Origin: Paragordius varius
Lineage: Eukaryota; Animalia; Nematomorpha
Reading direction: 5' to 3'
DNA length: 64,000 nucleotides
Assembly: GCA_964247055.1 (NCBI GenBank)
Contig: OZ176054.1
Location: forward strand, 4,588,001 to 4,652,000
Shown: positions 12,519 to 30,734 of the stretch, piece by piece
Numbering within the stretch: the first letter of the stretch is position 1
Layout of the letters: every line of letters starts with the position of its first letter
Position numbers and translations under genes: made by a program
The notes under the pieces: model-generated
Database searches by the model: none
Told to the model about the DNA's origin: nothing
Seen by the model: only the letters and a program-made list of their open reading frames with translations

Positions 12519-15500
12519 ATTATGCCATATAAATATTCATATCAATAATGATGAGATATTAACCCGAAAACACACGTTATTTAGTTTTAGGATGAATTTT
12601 AATTGTTTAAGGGGGTGATATTGAATTGTAAATGGTATATATTTTTCGGGAAAAAGCTTTATTTCATTTTTAATAGTCTTCAAGTAGTTTTATAGCAAAA
12701 AATAACCTACTTTTAGCTGGCAATCACATATTTTCACACTTTTATGATTAAATCGTGTTAAGACTTCAATTTATAATAATTTAGCAATTAAATAATCTTT
12801 AAATATTGATAAAGGTATAGGAATTTTAAGTTGTTATTTTCGTATTTGAAACATTTCTGAATAAAATCATAATGATACATACTAGGACCATGTAATTTTT
12901 AGTTTTGGTACACGCCTATTCATTATTTGCTATAAAAAATTAATATTTGTTATACAGTGTTCGTTCAAACATATTTTTTTATGCATATTTTTAAACAGCT
13001 AAAATTTTCAATTTAATAATATTTTAAACAAGAGTCACCAACACAAATGTCTTCGCGGGCCGCATCCAAAAAATATATGGGGATTCCTATTATTTTATTA
13101 TTTTTCAATCATAAAATTGTAAACACTAATAAAAACTATTTTTGATCACCAATTTTTGTCAGTTCGTTGAAAAAATTTTAAAAGATTTATTCGGTTCTTC
13201 ATTAGAATATTAATTTTACTAGGATTTATTTTACTCAATACCAATACTTTTGTGAATTATGTAGTATTCTATATATTAGGTGATTTTCCAAATCTTTCAT
13301 GGGCCTCACTAAATATTTATAAAGGCCGTTGGCGGCCTGCCATGCTTTTTTATTATGATATCGTTTAATACAAAATAGTTTTTGGAATTTTAAAATATTC
13401 TAATTTTGTTAAATTTGGTGACAAAATTTTTTATGTATATGGCCAAACTCCAATATAAATTTATTTAATATAGATTGTTTTTTTATGTATTAATATATCA
13501 TTACATCTATATTTGGTGACATTTTTAGAAAATTAATTATAGATATTACGTGCCAAGAAACATATTGTAAAAAGTACATATAAAAGTTCAATTATTTATT
13601 AGCCTCTTAAATTTAATAAAGAATATTATGTAATTTGAGTAATTAGCATACGATCTATTTTCAACTCGGAGATTGGTAATTTGATATCACTTCATTACTA
13701 GTATCTAAGACAGAAAATTATATATATTAATTAAAAATAATTATATACTTATACAACAAGTATAATTTTTACTATTTTAGAGATTTTTTTAACCTGGTTT
13801 CTAGATCATTGTAAAATGTGAATTTTTAACTAATGGAATATATACTATAAAACTATGACATATTTGTAGCCAAAGTATGTGTGATAAAATCAGAGGTTGA
13901 TCGCTTAAAAATAAATTTGATCATACAACTATTCCTAAAATTTATCGCTTTGTAATGCAATTCCATCTTATTTATATAATGTCAATTTTTACCAATTTTT
14001 ACATATTATATTTACAACGATTTGAAAAATGATAATTATTGAAATCATCCAAAAAGGAAGAAGCAACTATAATTAAATCACAAAAGACCCCAAATTTTCG
14101 AAACTGGTTATCTAAAATAGAAATGTAATAATATCTAATATCATTGTTGGTAAATATATTTAAATATTTTTGTATAACCTTCATAAGACAATCATGTCAA
14201 CTATATAAAAATTTGTCTAAATAAAATAAAATATTTGATTTTTTGACTAATTATTTAAGCACAGTCCTTCCTTCTTATTTCACAGTTTGAGTAAATATAC
14301 AGGGCCAGAAAGCATTATGGCAAAGAGAAATATTATTTATTAAAATAGGTTTATAAATGTGCTTTTTTCTACCTTTTATCCAATAAAATTCTCTGGAAGC
14401 AGGTAAAAACACGTAACATAATTCGATGCTGTTTACAAATTATTATATCCAAGCCAAAAATTTGATAAACTCCAATTAAATATTATTTGTTATTTTTTTC
14501 ATGTTATTAATTTACTTTAATAAAAATATAAATTTACAAAAATGGCATTTAAAAAGGGTCAAAATTTGTTGTCTAGTGTTTACTATAAGTTCTATCTGGT
14601 ATTAATGAAAAACAGGCAATGTATTTTACTCACACTCTATATATATACCTATATCTATTATATTTTGGATATATTTTAGGTTAATACTTAAATACAAGTT
14701 ATGCTTTTGACTTCGTTATCAATTGGAATGATTATTACCTCATTTATGTATATTTTTTTTAAAATCTTAATTTAGTTAATTAATTTAATTATTTTATCAT
14801 AGTTAAGCGAAGCCTAACATAAAGCTTAAAGGTTTTTGAGTTATTAATATTATAGCTAAATATATTTTTCCAATCATTTTTAGGGTAAAGTAGTCAATCA
14901 TTCCAAATCGTATCATGTTAAAGCTTTATATATAAAATAAATACTTTTTTGCAAATTTTTATTTGAGAAACTACAAAACTTGAAATGATTATAACAAGCC
15001 CTTGTTATTATCCCTTATATATATCATTGTCATGATATTGATTGCAGTTACAGGTGATCAAATATTATTTTTTAAGCAATAATATTATGTGCTTCGCAAT
15101 TTATCTCTATAAAACAAATGGTAAATATTGCCTTATTTGTTTTGTATTTTTTTAATAAAAATTTAAGGGTAAATGGAATTTTCTATCGTACACATAACTT
15201 TAAAAGAAGTTGATTCCAAAATTATGAAAATGCTTCCATCAATTTTTAATGTGCCTCCTGATTTTTCAATGAAGATGCTAAAATTCCAATTGTAAAATTG
15301 AAAATTACTAATACAACGCTGTATTTAATATTTTTTAGGATACCAGAAAAATGACAGCTGGTTAAAAAATAATTGGTAGAGTAAAATCATGTTCAATAGC
15401 ATTCAATTTCAAATTTATAAGTAAGAAATTTCGTTAATTTTAGATAAATTCATTATTTCCAATAATTTTATGCACGTCAATGAAACTGTACAGCACCTAT

Positions 15501-17508
15501 ATTTACATATAATTATAGCGTCCGACTAAAATAATATCACGATGATTTTCTGCTTTTATCAAAAATATAAGATATATATATTTGAATAAATATTTTTTAA
15601 AACAATGAAATATACCAGACATACATGTTCCATATAGATAAGCAAGTTCAAAGGTATAAATACACACATGTCGCCTCGATTTATTTTAAATTTTAATTTT
15701 CAAAAAATTAGTAATGTCCTTTACCTTGTCTTGCCTTCCCTTGACTTATCTTATCAATAAGTATAATGCATTATATTATGCCTCTTGAGTCACCTATAAG
15801 GTATTTTTATTTTAATTTATATATTTGTTGCACAACACTAGCAATTATCTCAAAATGTGAGTAATTTATCTCCTTTAGATGCTATCTAACTATAAAAATA
15901 AATGATTTTAGCAAAGGTTTAAAATTAATTATTAGGTATCTATAATAGGTGCTTTTTTTAAAATATATGCGTAGGATTAAAGCATTACATTTTGAATGTT
16001 TAACTTTCATATAATCACTAATTTTCTCTCTCCATATTTTGATTGAATATAATCACAATTTTAGGGACACCCGGAATTTTTGAGATATTATGTAAAGATT
16101 GCTTTGACTTTTAAACATCGATGATACAATTATCATTAAAAAATACTCTATATTTATTTAAACCAAAATGCAGAGATAGAGAAAGAGTTCATGCAAAAAT
16201 GTATAAAATCTATACACTTGATGATATAAATAAGGGGGCAGGCATCATATATATATAAGTGTACATAAGCCAAAGATTATTTGTTTTAGATAAAGTTGAT
16301 TGCTTTAAATTGCATTGCGTTGCATTGCATTTTTTACAATTAATACATGTATACATTGTACTGAACTCTCTCTGTCTTTCCTATCAAAATGTCAAAGAGA
16401 CAAGTCGTGTTGCTGACCTAATTTATTCCATGGGGTAGTGATATCATTTAACAATGCATAAAATATTTTTAAATTTGTATAAAAAATCTAATATATAGAT
16501 CCTTTAAATGTTATAAAGCTATAACAATTATGATTATTATTAATGAGATACACTTGATTTTACAATATATAAGATCTTGTAAATGATGATTAGATAATTG
16601 TAGTATATAAAGAAAGATACATAAAAATTCGTAAGTCGACTTGATAAACTCATGTTAAAGTAAAGTATATACATTTGCGCAAACATTCAAAATAAAAATT
16701 GGTATTATTATACCAAAAATAATTTATAAATACATGTTATATATTACTATAATATTTGAGGTGAAAATCACTCAATTATTATATAATTTTGGATGTTTTC
16801 GTTTCTAATATAATTAGATATATTTGTGTAATATAATTATGAAAAGATAAAATCAAAATTTATCCTACATAATTATTTTTATCGCATATAAATCTCTCTG
16901 CATGTGCCTAATTTTATTAATTATAATAATGTATAAATACGATGTGTGCATCATTATATGATGTGTATACAGATATATTAAAAAAATTTATATAGTAATT
17001 AATTACTCTTATGGTGATATAAAAAATAGTATAAAGGACCCATTTTAACGTAACAACCAAGCTTAGGCTTCCCTTATGTTTTGAATTTATATATGTATGT
17101 ATAAAATGTAGCATGTCGCTTCTATATTTTTCCATGTGTCAAGATACATAAGCAGAATCAAAAATTTTATTTTTTTTATTTATATTTAAATTTATACCTT
17201 TTTTTCAATGCACTAATCATTGTATGAAAAAAATGATTTTTGATCATTTATATACAAAGAGGACCTGCTTTATAATATATATATTTAACGAAATTTTTAT
17301 TGTGAATTCGTTCTCGCTTTTCACATTGATTTCAAAAATTTTAGTTTTGTTGTAAATAAAGTCAAATATTTTCAATTTGCAATACATATTTACCACAATA
17401 GAAATAACATAAAAAATTGTATGATATGAATCATTTTATTCTGTACTATTAAGTATATATATTATTCAATTATTCAAGAAAAAATATTAATAATCAATTT
17501 TGTATGCA

Positions 17509-20500
17509 ATGGCCATCCATGAGAAAATTATAAATGTTTATCAAATCGATTTGTTGGAAGAAAATTTTGACCCCAAATGTTCAAGAAAAAAGATAAATTC
17601 TTGGAAAATTCCATGGTTTATTTTATTCATGTGCCTTATGCAGGTATAGTTTATTTTTGTTCATTAAAATATTTTTTTACCAAAACGACTATATTGATAT
17701 ATTACCTGACACAATTTTTTGATACGGATCATTATAATTTTTGAAATACAAAAAGCTTAAAAATAAAAATTCTAAATTTTATATTAATCATAATACAAAC
17801 ATTTATATATCAGATAAAATTAATCGCCTTTTTAATAGCAAATAATTCAGTCAAGCTATAATCATAAATTTATAGTTTTATACCCTATAATTATTGGTTT
17901 TTATCCGTTTTTCAAAAGAAATCAGCCCTACAAGAAAATAGTTTAAAAAATTTATAATTAAAAATATTGTTTAAATAAAATTATTATAAAGGAAAAAACA
18001 TGGGCATTTGCTTTAAACTTTATTTTCATTAATATTTAGTATTTTAAAAATAGGATGATATAAAATTCGCAATCTCTAAGGTTAAAATATTTATAACTAT
18101 TTACTCACATTCTGTAAACTATTCATGAATGTCGGTAAAAACGATAGGAATCACATAAAGACTAGAAAAAAATACATAATTCTCACAGATTTTTACCGCT
18201 TTTTTGTTATTTTTTGACACTTTCGCGTTAAAAAAATATTTCACATTCACAAATTGCGTATATATAATTATGACATAATAAATATTTAATAAGATATGAA
18301 TGATACCGATAACAAGCTAATATTTATTGATAAATTATAAAACCACAATTTTGTAAAAAAAATAATTTTACACATTAATATTAACCGACAATTGGACTTT
18401 TTTTCGTAAGAAGTTTATATTATTTTAAGGAAAACCATTTCCTTTTTAAGCCATCCCAAATACTCATAAAAATATCTTGTGAATAACGATTAAAAAGCTA
18501 TGTTATTCATGTAAAAGTGTAGACTGTAGAGCTATTGACAACTAGTTTAAATTTTCCTATAATTTAAACTATTTTTTTTTGAAAAAAACAAGCAATGCTT
18601 TAATTTGGAACTATTTTTTGCAGATGAATACTAAATTAACATAAAATACACACTTTTCATTAATTTACACCTCTTTTCATTGTTTTAGTTCATAGTTTTT
18701 ATGGACAATCGACATTCATCACATATCTTGATTGATAACATTAACTTGGTTTTTGACTCAAACAAAGTTACAGAATTCTGGAGATATCTCACGTACATAT
18801 TTGTACATCAAAAGTATAAAACGTTATTAAACATAATATAATACCATTATTAATACTCCATTACCTTTTAGGGTAGTTTTATATCCCAGAGCCATTTGAA
18901 ATTTAAATATCTTAAAAAGTATTTGTAGGTTTTATGCCGAAGTTTAAAATATGCTTTCTTTAGCCTTTTAGGCGCATTATAATTTCTTCTAAAAAATGTA
19001 AGATTGTAAAAAAATCCTCATCTCATTTTTGCCGCCATTTTATATCTATAAATTTTTTAAAATCGCTAATGGAACAGGCAAATAAATGTATATTATTATT
19101 AGAAAATATACAGGCTGCATTTTGCCAGCAAAAACTTGAATTTTGGTTTTAATATCAGCTGTTCGTATCAATCATGTTTTGGAGCTGTCCCAATTTTAGG
19201 CTCTAAAAGTCACAAACTTAAATACGTGAGAACAATGTTTAATTAAATTTTAAAAATAACTTTCAAAACTGTAGTTATTTACAAAATTGAGCTCTGGGAT
19301 ATAAAACTACCCCAAAAAAGTAAGTAATGAAGTGTTAATTTTGATTTAAAATTCAGCAAAAATTGTATGTTTTAAAGCATTTATTTTCCATTATTACACG
19401 TATATTCTTTGTCAAATATAAAAATAAAACAAAATAAAATAATCTAATAGAAATCAATCTAAAAAAACATATTTGTAATTTTTAGTTTGGACCATTTTTT
19501 GATCAATCTCCTATCCCACATTGTGATTGGTGGTTCTTTTGAAGTTAATCATGGACCCATTGTGACAATCATTGTTTATACTGCATCAGCTGTGTTAGGT
19601 ATTTTTTTAAATTACCAATTTTTTTTGATTTGATTATAGTTATATTGATTTAGTCTAATACAGTAAGATTAATTAATGATTATCACGAAAAAACAAATGA
19701 ATATCCAAAAAAATGATTAGATGGTTAAATATGTTAAATGTGTGAGTAGATGCAACAGAAAGCATTCATCAAGGGTCGTATATGTAGAATATATTATATT
19801 TTTTTATCCATGTGCAAATCATTTTATTCTTTTGGATATTCATTTGTAATCATTTATCAATCTTACTGTAAATGTTGTAATCAAATTTTATAAATATTAA
19901 CAACACAAATTCGGTTTTTATAATTGTAAAAATGTGTCGTGTGGGAGGGAGGGGGGAAAAGTGATTTAACAAAAATTTACTTAAAATTTTGTTATCAGCT
20001 CCAAAAGCTTAATCCCGATAATGTACATTTAAATTATCATATTTATATGTATATTTGATAAAATCTTGATTCTTAGTTGATGTTTTAAATTGATATCCAT
20101 ATAGGTTCAATGGGATCGCTAGTCATAGAAAGTCAAAACTTTTATTTACAAGGGTCGTCAAGCACAATTTACGGACTTCTCTCTGCACATTCATCTGACG
20201 TGATTTTGGTATATATATTTAGTTAAATCTTTATCATTTATACCAAAAAATTAAGCATGCAGGAGAAAATTTAAAAATTATTAACAGGATACTCAATATA
20301 TTAATAAAAGACGAAGTAATTAATGTTATTATTATTCCAGCTAAATTTATTTTTAAAATTTTGGTAAAAAAATTATATTGGAACCGCCTTTTTCGGGTTA
20401 TGGCCGGAACGGAATGGTCTCTGATAAAAAAGGGAACCAGATAAACTATCGGATTCCATTCCTGCTTGTTCTAGTTTCGGTTTCAAGTTCTGAATACTCA

Positions 20501-21370
20501 TCTCTAATAACTTTTCTAGCACACCATACTTTACAATCCTATCATTTCCTAATTATGCTATCATGAACATTGTTGATAATGAATATTAAGTTACTTGATA
20601 TAAATTTATAACCGTCAGGTTTTAGCCGGAATAAGATTTTTTTGATGTTGTGACATTTAAATTTATGATTTATATAATATTATTATATTGGCGAATATCT
20701 ATAAGTTTAACATTCATATTTGGATAATAAATATTCCATATAAATATTATTATTAGTAATTATTTTCTTATATATGTTTTACAGAATTACAACAGTACAA
20801 CGTTTAAGCACCCGAAAATCTTGATTGCATTTATATCAAGTACCAATATTATTTGATATTTAATTTTTAGTAATAACCGAAGTTGCAATATTTTTTTATA
20901 TGAACATACACGATACATTTATTGGAATACTACCATTTCAAAAGGATATTTCCTCAACACGCGCAAAATTTAACATTAAAACTGCGCAAACAAATGACAT
21001 CACAACGCTAACCACGGATCTTATATTAACACCCGAGTTAACGGTTCATTTCCCATTTCTCATGGAAAAAGATCATATAAAATTTGGTGTTGGCCATTTA
21101 TCTCATATCTTTGGTGCAATTGGTGGTTTTTTGACAGGATTGATTGTTATAAAAATTATTATTATATCAAAACAAACACATAATGTGGATAAAGAAAGGT
21201 ATCATTATTATTGGTTCCAAAAATATTGGAAAATAATTGTCAAAATTACGGCAGTCATAGTTTTTTCAGCTATTACTTCTGTTTTAGCCTATCGTATCCA
21301 TTATAATTATCTAAAAACTCAACGTATGGAAACAAGTTATTACATCATTCAACAATTGTTGAAGAGATGA
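17509..21370 (+). CDS. Rhomboid intramembrane serine protease (RHBDL/rhomboid-1 type). Exons 17509-17643, 18689-18813, 19486-19598, 20105-20208, 20785-20839, 20871-21370.
   Basis: The spliced translation has IPWFILF, EFWRYLTYIFVH (WR motif), HFLIN (HxxxN), GGSFEVNHG, catalytic GSSS and catalytic His in SHIFGAIGGFLTG. Splice phases are consistent throughout. Confidence 0.92.
18854..19334. mobile_element. 481-bp MITE flanked by TTAA (piggyBac-like target site), in rhomboid intron 2
   Basis: Perfect 22-bp inverted repeat gggtagttttatatcccagagc (18871-18892 and 19291-19312) inside termini tactccattac...gtaatgaagtg. TTAA at 18850-18853 and 19335-19338. Three more copies occur in the window. Confidence 0.85.
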
Positions 21371-22224
21371 GGAACCTTGATTAGGAAGCCATTTTAGTCA
21401 CTTACAATAATTAGAGAAATGTTATATTATAATTGAGATTTAAATGATATACATTGTTTGTAAAAATTGATTTCTCTCATTTAGCATATATAAACAAGTG
21501 CAAATATGTTTCTGTATAGTTTACTGTAATAAATTATATTATTAATATTTTATATAAATACAACAAAAAATTTACAATCTTCCCTTTAAAGGTGGTATAA
21601 GGACTAACACTATAATTATTAGGTTCTCAATTACTATTTATGTTCTGCGACAAAGTATCACTGTAACTGGCCACTTAAATTCATATTAATATTTTTTTCA
21701 AAAGTACAACTCTTTTTCCATTGTGTTAAGTATAGATGGCAAAAGTATTGACTATTAAAAACAATCGTTTCACGTTAAATACTGAAAAATTTTGATTTAG
21801 AGAATGATCATAATTTCGTTAAACATAGCAGAACCTTATATTTTTATGGCCTCAAATTATAAATTAGTTTTAATTAAAAATGATATTTTTATTTAATGTT
21901 AAATTTACGATTCGTGTGTCTTTCGCACTAATTTCTGGTGAATTTTCCTTTTCGCAAACATTATTCAAAGTTGACAAGAGAAATAAAATATGTAGGACGT
22001 ATTTCTTAGTTTTCATGAAAACATCTTTATAAAATTTAAAATTTATTATTAATATTAAATACCGATACATATAAGATATTCATATCAATCAAATGCCATA
22101 TTATGGTTAAAAATTGGCGTTTGCGTCAAGTTAATTATTAAAATGATCATTGGTAATTATTTTTACAACAATAAAAAAATAGGTATATCTAAAAAGGGGT
22201 AGTGTATTAAAACAACCAACTTGC

Positions 22225-27845
<5,621 letters not shown>

Positions 27846-27994
27846 TATAGAAATTGGTTCATATTTCAAATTTAAAATTTACGGTAATGTTATAACGATA
27901 AAATGCACCAAGTGACATAAACGGAAAAAATGCTTTTCATAAAAAATAATTTTAAAGAATTATAAATTATAAACAAAATCAATATAGAAGTTAA

Positions 27995-30443
27995 CAACTC
28001 TTTACTTTTCCACTTTTTGTCCTAGACCCTTTGGTGTAGTTTTATATCCCATTTAATTTTGTAAATAAACTTGAGTCTAGAAAGTTATTTAAAAATTTAT
28101 ATATCACACATTGTTTTTATAAATTAGATAAAGCTTATGTTTTATATAGTTTTGGGACTATTAGAGCAGTGGTACTTAAACCGCGGGCCGCATGCGGCCC
28201 TAAGAGTGCTTGAAAATTGCCCTGACCATATCGATACTTAAATTTTTTATTATTTAAATACACATAAACGTGTTTTCGCTTATTTTAATATTAATTTATT
28301 TCCTTTAGATTTAATTTGGTAATATTTTTACCCAATTCGAAAGGTAGAAAAATTTCCCTACATTAAAATGATTTCAAAATTTTGGTACACGTGGTTTCTG
28401 TTTCTGTATCTATTTTCTTTTGTATTTTGAAATTCTTATTGTATTCCTTGTATTTTGGCAAGCCTTTCATCCAAACTTGCATATACATATTTTTTTCATT
28501 GCTATGCATCAGTTTTTATAATTCATTTATCATAAAATATTTTTCAAATTAACATCCTTAAAATTGTACCTGTTTTTATACCATAACTCAAATTACATAA
28601 TATTCAAACATAAATTCAAAGGATGACATCTAATGCTAAGAAACGTATCCGATGAAAATCGCTCCTTTAAAAGAATAGGAAAAACTTTGTCGTTTTTAAT
28701 AAAAATGTTGTTACCAGCCTTATATATAAGGATAACATAATCATAAAAAAATACAATATTGAAAGAAATTATGTGTGCTCCTCGTGAGATTATAATAAAC
28801 GAGGGATTTTTAAATTTGTTACCAATGAAATATACCACGAAAGGACGAGATTTTCTTGAAATAATTAGAACTTTTTTCGATAATAATGATATATCTATGA
28901 ATAAATTGGTTTTGATCCACGCAGATGGCTGTCCCTCTATGATTTGAATAAACAAAGGATTAATTCCTGTTTATAAATATAATTTGCAAAATATTTTATC
29001 CTTTCACTGTTTTATTCATCAGTAAAACTTTGTTTTACCTGTAAAAAATGAATCACTCAATTCAGTAATTAAAACAGTTGTGGAAATAGTTAACCACTAG
29101 AGAATTCAACCGCCGTAAATTCATAAACCTTGAAAGAATCCACAGTAAGTTTGATGATATTCTACTGTGAGATGGCTAAGCTTTATAGATTTTTTGTTAA
29201 TTCTACTCTTTATAAAAGATAACAGAAAGTTTGCAGAGGAAATTAATAGTGACAAATGGTGGGTTTTGTTAGCCTACTGACTTTACTTATAAATTTAGTA
29301 TTTTTAATACAAGTCTTTAAGGGAGCAAAATAATAACCCAATTGCTAATCAAATATTCGCTCTTGAAGAATTTTAATAATATATAACCAAATATTACTTC
29401 TATATTTTCCAACACTTAAAACGATTCATGAAGAAAATATATAATTTACCGCGGATATTAATTTAATAATAGACAGTTTTAACTAATAAGATGGAATTCA
29501 GATTTCAAGAATTAAAAAAATATTAGAAATTGCTTAAAACTCGTTGAAAATCCATGGCATATGGATACATCTAATATTAAGCAACCCGAGCATTTCGGTT
29601 TTGATCAGGCGCATATCAGATGAATTCGTAGAATTTAGAAATGATTCCAATTTGGAGGCTATATTTTAGGAGAATTGTAGAGAAGAAAGATATGTAGAGT
29701 TTTGGCAAGATGTGCCAAATAAATATCACAATATAAAATGTACTTAAGTTATCCTACTGTTTTTCCCTCAACTTACACGTGTGCGACGGCATATTCTTAA
29801 ATGAAGTATGTTAAGAATACATACAGAAATCGCTTAACCGATGATCATATAGACGACGTATAAAGATTGGCCTGTCATAAGAAACCGATTTGTTAAAAAT
29901 TAATGGTCAATATCAAAATAATTGTTGTTATCCAAATATTTTAATATACTAAATCGTGCGAAACGAGTTTTTAGCTGGATTTACATGCGATCCGCAAAAA
30001 ATTCATTGTGCTGATTTAGAGTATTAATATGTGCATATGTCAAATATAGCTATAGAATATTTGCCATTATAAGGTTCCTGGCCTTCGAAAAAAAATATAT
30101 TGGCCCGTCAAATTTTTTTGGTTACCACTGTTCTAGACTAGGGTCTAAGATCAGGAAACTCCAAAACACGATTGAAACAAACAGCTGATGATATTAACTA
30201 AAAATCTTTCAAGTTTTTGCTGGTAAAATGTAGCCTGATAGGTTCTCAATGTTAATTTACATTTCCTAACCTTAATAAAATTTTGTTTGCTGGATATCGA
30301 TTTAATAGAAAAAAATGGCAGCAAAAAAGTTTGAGATGAATATTATCTTACTATTTTACTTTTTAAATTTTTTTTTGTAAATTCGGCTTATAATCAAAAA
30401 AATCGCTTTCGGATGTAAAACTACCCACAAAGATAATGGACGG
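27995..30443. mobile_element. TTAA-flanked MITE copy interrupted by a Buster hAT
   Basis: TTAA at 27991-27994 and 30444-30447. Sequence on both sides of 28167-30130 is collinear with the reverse complement of the 18854-19334 MITE. Confidence 0.75.
28167..30130 (+). mobile_element. Degenerate Buster/GTF2IRD2-like hAT with a deleted, pseudogenised transposase
   Basis: Termini cagtggtactta... and ...gttaccactg. Collinear with the reverse complement of 40831-43272, with an internal deletion of several hundred bp and many stops. Flanks tattagag/ttctagac form a degraded 8-bp TSD with central TA. Confidence 0.9.
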
Positions 30444-30734
30444 TTAAATTGTAATAAAAAATTGTTTTTTGACAAAATCATAGGCTAACTCAATAAATGC
30501 AGAAACTTAATATATTAAAATGATTTTATTTTCTATATCCGCAAACTGTTTCAGCATTTATTCGATAATTTAATTATCAAAAGCCCCTAATTTTGAAACT
30601 ATTTGACATCTTAACACTTAATTACCTTCGTTTTTGTCCTAGTTTTTAAGTTTTATATCCTAGGGCTGAATTGTAAATAAACTACAGTTCAAGTTATTAT
30701 AGTTAAAAGCTAATTTTTAAACATTGCCTATTAC

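Noticed and set aside
20378-20566. GC-rich ORF in a rhomboid intron
   Set aside because: It shares AACCGG/GGTTCC motifs with the degenerate element at 44021-44962 and is treated as a TE fragment.
21870-22070. Signal-peptide-like ORF (MKTKKYVLHILFLLS...) between rhomboid and PLK1
   Set aside because: No downstream exon could be joined in frame, so it is unsupported.
27860-27885. CHR cell-cycle element (TTTGAA/TTTAAA) upstream of PLK1
   Set aside because: Such hexamers are everywhere in DNA this AT-rich, so the match is uninformative.
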